Source: an uncultured bacterium
GTDB lineage: Bacteria; Krumholzibacteriota; Krumholzibacteriia; Krumholzibacteriales; Krumholzibacteriaceae
DNA: 64,000 nucleotides
Assembly: GCA_965371515.1 (NCBI GenBank)
Contig: CBDUYR010000006.1
Location: 13,977-77,976, forward strand
Reading direction: 5' to 3'
Part shown: in pieces, positions 26,821-35,895 of the stretch
Layout: each line of letters starts with the position of its first letter
Position numbering within the stretch: the stretch's first letter is position 1
Notes under the pieces: model-generated
Seen by the model: the letters and a program-made list of their open reading frames with translations, nothing else
The model's database searches: none
Told to the model about the DNA's origin: nothing
Position numbers and translations under genes: made by a program

Positions 26821-28083
26821 TCACACCACTCCCTCAACAGGTTCCTTGCCCATATCACGGATGATCCTCTGGACGTGCGGATCGATATGCCTGAAATACT
26901 TTTTCAGGCCGGAACAGAGGTAGTTCAGGCCTCGCTCACCCTCCGGGGTGCGTATGAACCTGTTCTTCGGACACTCACCGGCGCATGCGAAGAGATAATC
27001 GCACCGGCGGCACTGGCCAGGCAGGAAGATATCCTTCGCGTAGCCGAAAGCCTCCTGCCGCTCGGACAGCACCATCCCGCTGATCGCCTCATCGTGTATG
27101 TTGCCCAGCCTGTACTCCGGATAGACGTAGTGATCGCATGAGTAGACACTGCCATCGTGTTCGATAGCGACACCCTTCCCGCAGATCGGCCCGAAGATAC
27201 AGAGTGGGGATATCTTTCCCATCCACTGCCCCACTGCCGATTCGAAGAATGTGACGAAATGTCTTCCGATATCATTCGTGCGCCATTCATCGAATATCGC
27301 GATAAGAAAATCGCCGTAGTCGTCGGGATCGACGCACCAGTCTTCCACGACTGATTCAGGCGTACCGGGCCTCGCCCGCGGGTCGTCCATATCGGGCATC
27401 AGGAAATCGGGCCATCTCTGCGGCGCCGTCTCCCTGAAGATCCTCGGCTCTACTATCGGTATGAACTGCATCCTCTCGGGGCCGACATCGTCGCGCAGGA
27501 ATCTGTAGACCTCAAGAGGATGCTTACCCGTGATACGGTTCACGCAGCTCAGTGTCGCGAACCTGACCTTGTGCTTTCGAAGAAGTTTCGACGCTCGAAA
27601 GACATCGTCGAATGTCCCGCGCCCGTCCTTGTAGACCCGGTAGTGGTCGTGCAGCTCCTTCGGTCCGTCGATGCTCAGGCCGACGAGAAAATTGTTCTCG
27701 GCGAGGAACTCGCACCACTCATCGTCGAGCAGGGTGCCGTTCGTCTGAAGGTCGTTCTCGCATCGCATCCATGACGGTGCGTACTTCTTCTCCAGTTCGA
27801 CGACCCTGCGAAAATAATCCAGTCCGAGCAGGGTCGGCTCTCCCCCCTGCCAGGAGAAGACGACCTCCTTGAAGTTCTGCCCTTCTATGTACTGACGGAT
27901 AAAGGTCTCGAGGATTTTGTCACTCATGCGCCACTGGTTGTCTGTAGAGAGCAGTTTCTCTTTGCTCAGGTAGAAACAGTAGGCGCAGTCGAGGTTACAG
28001 ACCGGCCCGAGGGGCTTCGCCATCGCGTGCATCCTTACGACGGGTTTCCCCCTGAAAAGGCGTTTCTTTCTGCCTTCGTTCAT
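26821..28083 (-). CDS. Anaerobic sulfatase maturase (radical SAM/SPASM, AslB/ChuR family)
   Basis: AKPLGPVCNLDCAYCFY, WQGGEPTL, LQTNG, SIDGP, YSCDHYV, CRRC...CAGECPKNR, NYLC. Confidence 0.95.
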   Translation of the reverse strand: MNEGRKKRLFRGKPVVRMHAMAKPLGPVCNLDCAYCFYLSKEKLLSTDNQWRMSDKILETFIRQYIEGQNFKEVVFSWQGGEPTLLGLDYFRRVVELEKKYAPSWMRCENDLQTNGTLLDDEWCEFLAENNFLVGLSIDGPKELHDHYRVYKDGRGTFDDVFRASKLLRKHKVRFATLSCVNRITGKHPLEVYRFLRDDVGPERMQFIPIVEPRIFRETAPQRWPDFLMPDMDDPRARPGTPESVVEDWCVDPDDYGDFLIAIFDEWRTNDIGRHFVTFFESAVGQWMGKISPLCIFGPICGKGVAIEHDGSVYSCDHYVYPEYRLGNIHDEAISGMVLSERQEAFGYAKDIFLPGQCRRCDYLFACAGECPKNRFIRTPEGERGLNYLCSGLKKYFRHIDPHVQRIIRDMGKEPVEGVV

Positions 28084-28314
28084 ATACCCGTGCTCCGGGA
28101 AGCAGGTAGATTAATGATTTGAGAGCTTGATTAAAAGCGTTCTGATTCTGAACCGGTTCCGGCGATATGTCAATGAGGAATCCTCCTGCTGCGTAGAGAC
28201 CCATCCATTTTTCTCGAACTCCATAAAAATATTTCATCGGAATCGATTTTGATGTAAAATCAAATCCTAATCTTATCCATAGAATCGGCTTCACCCTTGG
28301 GGGAGGGTCTCAAC

Positions 28315-30270
28315 ATGCACAAATGCTTGAGGATCTTTGTGACTGCGCTCTCGATAGTCTCGGCCATTTATATAACCTCTTCGTTTGCGGGATGGACGAC
28401 CGACGGAGCTCCCGTATGCGTATATACCGGCGATCAGGAATATCCCGTTATATGTTCCGACGGTTCGGGCGGAGCCTTCATAGCGTGGGAGGACGGGCGC
28501 GAATACCGGGATATCTATGCACAGAGGGTAGACGAAATGGGCAGGAGACAATGGCCGGACGAGGGCCTTGCTGTCTGTACCGCATCTTATAATCAGACTG
28601 GACCTCGAATATGCTCCGACGGCTCGGGAGGCACGATCATCGCATGGACGGATCCGCGTGCCAGCAATGTGAGGGATATCTACGCGCAGAGGATAAGTTC
28701 CGACGGCACTCCGCTCTGGACATCGGACGGTGCGCCGGTGTGCACGGAAACCGCCAACCAGTATCTCTACGGTATGTGCGGAGACGGGTTCGGCGGCGCG
28801 CTCCTCGTCTGGCAGGACGAACGGGTGAGCAGCGACCACGACGACATATACTGCCAGCGGATAGACCCGGACGGCAACGTCCTCTGGAGCGCGGGAGGTG
28901 TTCCCCTCAGCACGGGGATTTCTTTTATGCGTGAGCAGCCGCAGGTGGTGGCTGACGGATCAGGCGGCGGCATATTTACATGGATCGACTGGGGAAGCGG
29001 AGGGATATTCGCGCAGCGCGTGAACTCCACCGGCGAAGTTCAGTGGGTCATGAACGGAATAGCCATATGCAATGCTTCCGGATACCAGTATGAACCGAAG
29101 ATCACCACTGATGGATACGGCGGAGCTCTTATAACCTGGTACGATCACAGGTCCTGGTACGATATATACGTCCAGCGGGTCGATTCACTCGGAAACATGA
29201 TGTGGACTGCGAACGGAGTTCAGCTTACCGACGACGGCGCGGAGGATATCTGGCAGGCATATGCCCGCATCTGCCCGGACTACGACGGTGGTGCCATGAT
29301 CACCTGGGTCGACCAGAGAGTCGGCGATTTCGATTGTTATGCTCAGCGCGTCAACGAAGCCGGGATACCGCAATGGTCTGCCAATGGAATCCCGATCTGC
29401 ACTGCTTCAGGTGGGAGTGGCGAGATCACGATGGTGCCCTGCGCCGACAAGAGCGTCATCCTGGCCTGGGAAGACTCCCGCTCCGGGCTGGGGAAGGATA
29501 TCTACGTCCAGCGAGTCGATTCGCTCGGTGCAATGCAATGGGATATCGACGGCATCGTTGCCTGTGCCGCGGACGGGTATCAGTTTTTACCCCAAATTGC
29601 GAGCGACGGCGCTGACGGCGCCATCATAACCTGGCAGGACGAGCGGGTCTTCATGGACCCCGATATCTACGCCCGCCGGATAACGGAGGCAGGCGAATAC
29701 GTCGCCACTCTGCTTCATAGCTATTTCACCGAACCCCGTCAAACCGGAATTGCCGTCGAATGGAGGCTTTCCGAAATCGATGCCGGTGACTGTTTCAATG
29801 TAAAGAGGGCGGAGCTCGGAACCGGTGAGTATATTTCACTGCCTGACGGACAGCTCGAGCGAGACGGACTTGCTTTCTGTTACCTGGACACCAGCTGTCT
29901 TCCAGGCACGACTTACATATACCGGGTCGAGATCGAAACACAGGAAAACTCGTTTCTGCTTTTCGAAACAGATCCGGTAACCCCTGATGCTTCCGATCTG
30001 TTGCTTTATCAGAACTATCCGAACCCCTTCAATCCGGTAACATCGATCGGTTACTTCCTTCCGGCAGATTGTCACGTAACCCTTGTCATATACGATATTT
30101 CCGGAAGGGAAGTGTGCCGGATATTCGACGGTGATCAGACAGCCGGAACGCAACTGGTTACCTGGTCGGGAATCGACAAGAGCGGCAACCCTGTCCGGTC
30201 TGGTGTATACCTGTATAGATTGCAGGCGGGCAAGGATACGATATCGAGAAAGATGATACTCCTCGAGTAG
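28315..30270 (+). CDS. Secreted 8-repeat beta-propeller protein with a C-terminal FlgD-Ig/T9SS-like sorting domain
   Basis: Eight repeats of PxIxxDGxGGxxIxWxDxR...DIYAQR...GxxxW; tail QNYPNPFNP...SGVYLYRL...RKMILL. Confidence 0.85.
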   Translation: MHKCLRIFVTALSIVSAIYITSSFAGWTTDGAPVCVYTGDQEYPVICSDGSGGAFIAWEDGREYRDIYAQRVDEMGRRQWPDEGLAVCTASYNQTGPRICSDGSGGTIIAWTDPRASNVRDIYAQRISSDGTPLWTSDGAPVCTETANQYLYGMCGDGFGGALLVWQDERVSSDHDDIYCQRIDPDGNVLWSAGGVPLSTGISFMREQPQVVADGSGGGIFTWIDWGSGGIFAQRVNSTGEVQWVMNGIAICNASGYQYEPKITTDGYGGALITWYDHRSWYDIYVQRVDSLGNMMWTANGVQLTDDGAEDIWQAYARICPDYDGGAMITWVDQRVGDFDCYAQRVNEAGIPQWSANGIPICTASGGSGEITMVPCADKSVILAWEDSRSGLGKDIYVQRVDSLGAMQWDIDGIVACAADGYQFLPQIASDGADGAIITWQDERVFMDPDIYARRITEAGEYVATLLHSYFTEPRQTGIAVEWRLSEIDAGDCFNVKRAELGTGEYISLPDGQLERDGLAFCYLDTSCLPGTTYIYRVEIETQENSFLLFETDPVTPDASDLLLYQNYPNPFNPVTSIGYFLPADCHVTLVIYDISGREVCRIFDGDQTAGTQLVTWSGIDKSGNPVRSGVYLYRLQAGKDTISRKMILLE

Positions 30271-30289
30271 ACGATGCCGGCGGTTCGAT

Positions 30290-30844
30290 CTATCTGCCTG
30301 AAATCAGAAGTGCGATCGCCGTCTTGACCAGATCAGCGAGGATGAACGGTACTACCGCCATCGCAAGAACTCCCGTCAGAGACTGACCGCTGAGAAGATA
30401 CAGGTACAGTGTGCCTCCCAGGAGGATCGTAGCGGATCCAACGAGGGAAGCGATCAGAACTGCGGGTTTGCCGCCGCCGAGAGACCTGGTCAGAACACCT
30501 GCGAGAAGAGCCGCAGCCGGGAAAGCCACTAAATATCCGCCCGTCGGGCCGAACAGGACGGCGGGACCGAACGTCAGGCCGGCGAACACAGGCGCGCCGG
30601 CTGCGCCGATAGCGATATATGCGATCATCGCGTAGAAGCCGTCGCGCGGGCCGAGAACGATGCCTGCGAGCAGGACGAAAAGCGTCTGCATCGTGACGGG
30701 AACGGGCGTATAGGGAAGACGGACCGCGAACTGGGCTGCAAGAGCGGTGAAGCCGACGAAAGCGGCGATCCCCGCAACGCGCCTGAGCGATCCTGCCATA
30801 TCCATCGATATACCTGTATAGATCGTCGTTCTTTCGCTTATCAC
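30290..30844 (-). CDS. bioY: Biotin transporter BioY
   Basis: PVPVTMQT, GAPVFAG, GPTGGYLVAF, PFILADLVK. Confidence 0.95.
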   Translation of the reverse strand: MISERTTIYTGISMDMAGSLRRVAGIAAFVGFTALAAQFAVRLPYTPVPVTMQTLFVLLAGIVLGPRDGFYAMIAYIAIGAAGAPVFAGLTFGPAVLFGPTGGYLVAFPAAALLAGVLTRSLGGGKPAVLIASLVGSATILLGGTLYLYLLSGQSLTGVLAMAVVPFILADLVKTAIALLISGR

Positions 30845-30910
30845 ACCGTTCTCCTTTTTTTCTCGTTACTCCGCATGGCTTCTGGAATCTATCCCTTCCC
30901 GCCCGATTTT

Positions 30911-31549
30911 TCAAGCGGAAGGTGGAGAATCGTCGACGACCTCGCCGACTGATATATTACCGAGATAATAATTCGCCGTCATCTCAATATTGCTGTGGAC
31001 GAGGCCGAAAGCCGCCTCGTCGACCCTTTCTATCTCGTATTCTTCCCTGACGGCTGCCAGCACACCGAAAAATTCGAAGAGCAGCATCCGGAAAGCCATG
31101 AAATATATATAATTGAACTCCAGTTTCTCGACATACGCCTTTTCGTCCTTACCCCTGAGCGCAACGAGCTCCCCGAACTCCTCCCCACCACTGCCCCCGA
31201 GCAGCTCCTCCACTCTGCCGAACGTCCCGGTCTTGACCTTCTCTTCCATGCTTCCCAGTGCCCCGTTAATCTCTTCTGTAGTCGGCTCTTTATCATTGAT
31301 CCGTTCGAGCAGGTACTCGAGGTACGCCTCGCCCTCCGTGACGAGGTCCTTGAGGAAGACGAGGTTCTTCTCGAGGGACTTGACGTACTCCCCGCTCTCC
31401 ATTCGCTCCTTCTTGGCGGCAAGCATGCTCGAGATGTTCTTCCTGTATACATCCGGAGCGGGGTAGTTCTCGCTGACGTGTTCCGAGAAGGTCGCGATCA
31501 GCGCCTCTATGTCGGCCTTTTTCTTCGTCTTCTTTGTCTTCCCCGCCAT
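30911..31549 (-). CDS. Hypothetical acidic alpha-helical protein
   Basis: 212-aa ORF with host codon usage, 3 bp downstream of the lipoprotein gene; no motif recognised. Confidence 0.7.
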   Translation of the reverse strand: MAGKTKKTKKKADIEALIATFSEHVSENYPAPDVYRKNISSMLAAKKERMESGEYVKSLEKNLVFLKDLVTEGEAYLEYLLERINDKEPTTEEINGALGSMEEKVKTGTFGRVEELLGGSGGEEFGELVALRGKDEKAYVEKLEFNYIYFMAFRMLLFEFFGVLAAVREEYEIERVDEAAFGLVHSNIEMTANYYLGNISVGEVVDDSPPSA

Positions 31550-31552
31550 CGT

Positions 31553-33346
31553 TTATCTCTTTCTCTTCTCTTTCTTCTCAGGCACGCCGTACGGTGTCCC
31601 GACACCTACAGGAACAGTCACAGCCCCTCCCTCGTCCAGGGGCTCGGGCACGATACTGCCGAGCCTGAACGAGTAGAGTCTCATATCCTCCGAGACGAGC
31701 GTCACGATATCGCCCGACCTGCCCGAATACGAGGCGAGGACGGGTATCCAGCCCGCTTCGTACGTGCTGTACTCACCCTCCTCCCTGGCAATCCTCATTA
31801 TTGTGCCCCCGGTCATCTGCACGATGACACTTTCGCTGGACATATCGATGATGTCGAGGCGCCCCGGGAAGGGCTGCCGGGCGATCTCCTCGAGGCTTTC
31901 CGGATCGTAGAGCACCAGGGTATCGCCGTGAGTGCCTCTTCCCTTATGTGTAACGACCACGCCTTCGCTCGCGATGCCGGCGTCGCTCTTGTCGGACGAC
32001 AGTATCTCGATCTGCCTCAGCCGCTGCGGCTTGTGCCCTGGCCGGATCTCGTACTCCATGGCCGTCTTCTTGCCGAAAGTGAGAAGTCTGCCGCCAGTCA
32101 TGATTATATCGGAGACCGAATTCCCCATGCTGACGTAGCGCTTCGTCTTCAGGCCGTCGTATTCGTAGGTATGGCAGAAACCGTTGGTGGTGGTCACGTA
32201 TATGGCGTCTTCGGCGGCGATCACGCGCATGATCTTCTTGTCCAGCAGCTCCTCGCCGGTGAGGACAGGCTTTCCGTCTACCCATTCGACGAGATAGAGC
32301 CTTGATTTCTTCTTGAAGTTCGCGGCGCATACCGCCCTTCTCCCCCATCTCGAAGCGTCGACCAGGTCGGCTTTTTTGCCGGTGAGCTCAGCGACCATGG
32401 TGAACCCGTCTGTCGATCTGTTTTCGAACACGTCCTCTGAGTTGCCCAGCACCAGGTCGAGTTTCGTGTCGCGCCCCTCGTTCGCGATGAGCGCGAAGAA
32501 CTCTCCCGAAGAGGGACCGCCGGCCGTTTCCGCCGGACTCCCGTCCTCACCGCGAAGGAACTTCAGCCCGCGCACGGTCAGCATCGAATCCACCGGAATC
32601 TCGCAGTCGCCGTATGAGGAAGACCTGACGGTCGGGTTGACTCTGATCCTGAGTTCCTCTCCGCTCTTCACCTTGAGCGAAGGTTCTATCTTGCCCCGCC
32701 TGTCGACGTCGGGATCGCCGGCGTCCCTGTAATACGGATTGTCCTCCGGCATAAGAGCGAAGTATATGAACCCCGACGCCACCTCCCCCGGCTCAATTGT
32801 AACCGGATCGAAGTTCCCCCCGCGGCCGGCGGGAAAGAACGAGTTCCGCAGCAGGGGCTTGTACTCCCTCGAGTACTGTACACCCGTTATGATGTAGTAG
32901 ATGCCGAGCGGCCATATGATAATGCCCCCTACGACATGCTTCGCGCCGATCTCCTTGTAGTTGGGGATATCGGCCTTCCCCTTGATATACATCACCGCTT
33001 CGATGGGATGGATCGGATCGAGACTGTTGTCACCCAGCTCGAGAGTGAAACCCCTGAACGTCTCGCTGAGCGGAAGATAGTTGAGGTTGTGGATCTGGAC
33101 CGGTTCTGTATCTACATTCTTCACCGTGATGTATACCGGAACGACTCCGCTGTCCGGGGGATAGCAATTCAAGAGCGACTTGAATACCAACGGGTCGTCG
33201 ATCAGGGTTGCGGCAGCCTCGACGCCGGTGCCGGAGACAAGATGCTCGTCACCGATGTCGGTGAGAACCACCTTCTTGCTGCATGATAGTGAGAAAACGG
33301 CCAGAGCGGCCGCGAGGAACAGAGCGCCAGATCTAGCTGATATCAT
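31553..33346 (-). CDS. Hypothetical lipoprotein (N-terminal Ig-like region, C-terminal beta-propeller-like region)
   Basis: Lipobox SLSC; VVPVYITVKN...TIEPGEVASGFIYF; beta-rich C-terminal half. Confidence 0.7.
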   Translation of the reverse strand: MISARSGALFLAAALAVFSLSCSKKVVLTDIGDEHLVSGTGVEAAATLIDDPLVFKSLLNCYPPDSGVVPVYITVKNVDTEPVQIHNLNYLPLSETFRGFTLELGDNSLDPIHPIEAVMYIKGKADIPNYKEIGAKHVVGGIIIWPLGIYYIITGVQYSREYKPLLRNSFFPAGRGGNFDPVTIEPGEVASGFIYFALMPEDNPYYRDAGDPDVDRRGKIEPSLKVKSGEELRIRVNPTVRSSSYGDCEIPVDSMLTVRGLKFLRGEDGSPAETAGGPSSGEFFALIANEGRDTKLDLVLGNSEDVFENRSTDGFTMVAELTGKKADLVDASRWGRRAVCAANFKKKSRLYLVEWVDGKPVLTGEELLDKKIMRVIAAEDAIYVTTTNGFCHTYEYDGLKTKRYVSMGNSVSDIIMTGGRLLTFGKKTAMEYEIRPGHKPQRLRQIEILSSDKSDAGIASEGVVVTHKGRGTHGDTLVLYDPESLEEIARQPFPGRLDIIDMSSESVIVQMTGGTIMRIAREEGEYSTYEAGWIPVLASYSGRSGDIVTLVSEDMRLYSFRLGSIVPEPLDEGGAVTVPVGVGTPYGVPEKKEKRKR

Positions 33347-33995
33347 CTTTGAGTCCCTCCAGGGGCACCGTCCTGCCAAGCGGGGTTACGCTACAATACT
33401 TCTCCATCGTCTGCAAGAAACACTTATTCTCGCAGAAACCCCCGGAGAGGTAAAGATTTTCCGGCCTGCCGCTGAAATCGAAGACGTTCCGGACCATGCC
33501 GTGGAGGAACATCGCCACCGCCTCCTCCGGCGGGGTGCCGGTGGAAACATGCTCGAGGACCTTTTCCATTCCGAAGACGCCGCATGTGACGTTGATCCAC
33601 TTCCCCATCGCGGGAAGCCCGTCGAAATCGACCTCGTAATAGCTGCCGAGCAGTTCTATGGTCGCGCCTGTCGAAGAGCCGCAGGCGAGGTTCCAGTCAA
33701 GTTTCTTGATCTTGCGGCCGGCGAAGCGGACGAACTTCACGTCCCTGCCGCCGACATCGACGATCGAGAAATCATCCTCCTCCACGAGGGCGAGGCTGCC
33801 CTCGGAAAGAGCGATAAGCTCGTTTTTGTAAACATCGCAGCGTTTCTTGCCGCTGTGACCCGTGGCGACCTCGAAGAAGAGGTCGTCGCGGCGCACCAGT
33901 TCCCTCGTTGAGATGATCTCCAGCTCGCCCGAGCCGGTCTCGAGTATCTTGGTCCACGAGCTGCCGCAGTCGGCAATCAGCACCGGATCCTCCAT
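33333..33995 (-). CDS. BadF/BadG/BcrA/BcrD ASKHA ATPase (HgdC-like dehydratase activator), short form
   Basis: ADCGSSWTK, VATGHSG, VDVGGRDVK, WNLACGSSTG and NVTCGVFGME (the two [4Fe-4S] Cys), LSGG. Confidence 0.88.
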   Translation of the reverse strand: MEDPVLIADCGSSWTKILETGSGELEIISTRELVRRDDLFFEVATGHSGKKRCDVYKNELIALSEGSLALVEEDDFSIVDVGGRDVKFVRFAGRKIKKLDWNLACGSSTGATIELLGSYYEVDFDGLPAMGKWINVTCGVFGMEKVLEHVSTGTPPEEAVAMFLHGMVRNVFDFSGRPENLYLSGGFCENKCFLQTMEKYCSVTPLGRTVPLEGLKDDIS

Positions 33996-34016
33996 CGGAC
34001 GCCGTAAAGCGTCACT

Positions 34017-34760
34017 CTATGACAACTTTATAAAGGCCTCGACCTTCGCGAGGATCGAATCGTTGATCTCACGGTGACAGTCAACAGCGATGCCCCCGTA
34101 CCTCTCGGCGAGGTTGTGCGCGAGGTCCTGCTTCGCGCAGAAACTCTGGTGAAAGAATACCGTCGGAACGCCATCGTCGACCATGCACTCGAGTTCGAGG
34201 TCGGCAGGCCTCCCCGCCTCGACACACCTTATCCAGCCGTATATATGGGTCGTATCGGGAAAGAGCTCGAGGAGCCTGAAATCGTTCGGCGGCACCCCCC
34301 AGAAACCGTGCGTCGGCTCGCACCTTTCGGGAGGATCTTCGGGCGGTGACGGATCGACGACCGTCTTCATGATCCTGTCGACGCGGCCGGGGAGCGGGCC
34401 GTGGCCGGTCGACCATACGAGCGGCCTATCCTCGAACTCCTCCTCGGGGAACCTCGATTCGATGACCTCGAACCCCATCCCCTCGAGGATCCAAGCGGCG
34501 TGCCTGCCCCGGTCGCACTTGTCCTCGCCTACTGCGGCAACCACGGCGGCCAGCCTGTCGCCGAGCTCTGCCGCATTGTCGACGATGTTCGCTATGATCC
34601 GGCATGTCGCCCTCGGCAGGAGCCCCGAATCGGACGCGCCGGAGTGAACGTCGAGGTCTATCAGCGGCAGGTCTGCGCCGTAGCGTTTCCTCACCTCGCG
34701 CAGAAGGGATCTTCGCGGAAAGCCGAAATACCCGATTAGTTTTTCCTGATTGTTTTTCAT
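34017..34760 (-). CDS. Hypothetical Cys-containing protein, miniature 2-hydroxyacyl-CoA dehydratase (HgdB/FldB)-like
   Basis: IGYFG, ATCRII, KCD, RCVE, QSFCAK and a C-terminal KVEAFI similar to the family's RxEAF end; adjacent to the activator. Confidence 0.6.
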   Translation of the reverse strand: MKNNQEKLIGYFGFPRRSLLREVRKRYGADLPLIDLDVHSGASDSGLLPRATCRIIANIVDNAAELGDRLAAVVAAVGEDKCDRGRHAAWILEGMGFEVIESRFPEEEFEDRPLVWSTGHGPLPGRVDRIMKTVVDPSPPEDPPERCEPTHGFWGVPPNDFRLLELFPDTTHIYGWIRCVEAGRPADLELECMVDDGVPTVFFHQSFCAKQDLAHNLAERYGGIAVDCHREINDSILAKVEAFIKLS

Positions 34761-34841
34761 GGACGTACCAGATCGAGCAGGGGGCGCCGATGTCCGGGAG
34801 GCATGGACATCAGGGAGGCTGCGCTCCGCAGGAGCCGGGGG

Positions 34842-35306
34842 CTATTGATCGCCGTTTTCCACCCGCTCCATCAACTCGATGACCTGCTCTGGACGCTCGG
34901 CCTTCAGGAGCTTCTCCCGGAATCCGTCGACCTTGATCATCTTGACTATCTTGGCGATTGCCTGGACGTGGGGTCCCGACTCATTCGTCGGCGCGATCAT
35001 CAGGAAGAAAAGATGCGAGGGCTGTCCGTCCTGGGCCTCGAAATCGACGCCTTCCTTCGATATGCCGATCACGATGCGGAGCTTGTCGACCGCGTCGCAC
35101 TTCGCGTGAGGTATCGCGATGCCCTTTTCCAGGCCGGTGCTTCCGTCGCGTTCCCGGTTCATGACCGCCTCGAGTATCGTGTCGGCGTCGCAGCTGCCGC
35201 AGTACTCCGACATGTACTCGACGAGCTCCTCGATGACCTCCTGCTTGTTGGCTCCCTCGAGGTCGAGTTTGACATGCTCGGGTCCGATATAATCAGTAAG
35301 CCTCAT
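34842..35306 (-). CDS. PTS EIIA (fructose/mannitol/Ntr-type) domain protein
   Basis: RERDGSTGLEKGIAIPHA (phospho-His), GVDFEAQDGQP. Confidence 0.93.
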   Translation of the reverse strand: MRLTDYIGPEHVKLDLEGANKQEVIEELVEYMSEYCGSCDADTILEAVMNRERDGSTGLEKGIAIPHAKCDAVDKLRIVIGISKEGVDFEAQDGQPSHLFFLMIAPTNESGPHVQAIAKIVKMIKVDGFREKLLKAERPEQVIELMERVENGDQ

Positions 35307-35355
35307 CTCAATACGCCTCCCGTGATGCATCCTCCGGACACCCCGGCGATGGGGT

Positions 35356-35384
35356 AACATAACCAACCCCGGTCCGGATGGCAA
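35356..35384 (-). promoter_or_regulatory. Sigma70-like promoter upstream of the EIIA gene
   Basis: Minus strand TTGCCA-N17-TATGTT, just downstream of a GC-rich hairpin after the USP stop. Confidence 0.5.
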
Positions 35385-35409
35385 GACCCGCCGCGCGACG
35401 GGGCCGCGG

Positions 35410-35895
35410 CTACAGGTCGTCGAACATCTTTTCTATCCGGTCCGCGCCCCGTACGACCATCACGGGGCATTTGACCTTCCTCAGTATCCTCTCGCCCTCC
35501 TCGTAGAACGAATCCCTCAGGCTCAGCACCTCGCCCAGTTCCCCCTGGACGAGAAGGTCGGCGGCACAGTCTTCCGCCTCGCGGGCGACCTCCTCGTGCA
35601 CGACTCCCTTCCTCAGGATCGTCTCGATCTGTAAGCCCTTCCTGTCGGCGAGCTTGACGATATAGTTGAGGTATCTCTTGCCGTCCTCCTCGAGGTCCCT
35701 TTCGTAGTCCATCTTCTCCATCTGTACAAAGATCTTCGCCTTGAGCAGCTCGGTCAGGAGGTTCTCGTTGACCACGTATATCACCCTCAGCGAGCAGCCA
35801 TATGCCTTCGCCATCGCTATACCCAGCTGCGCGGCGGTAATACAGGATTCGCTTCCATCGACATAGAGAAGTATGGTTTTGAGCGGATTACTCAT
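35410..35895 (-). CDS. Universal stress protein (USP)
   Basis: KTILLYVDGSE, ADLLVQG, KCPVMVV. ATGA overlap with the V-ATPase D stop. Confidence 0.92.
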   Translation of the reverse strand: MSNPLKTILLYVDGSESCITAAQLGIAMAKAYGCSLRVIYVVNENLLTELLKAKIFVQMEKMDYERDLEEDGKRYLNYIVKLADRKGLQIETILRKGVVHEEVAREAEDCAADLLVQGELGEVLSLRDSFYEEGERILRKVKCPVMVVRGADRIEKMFDDL

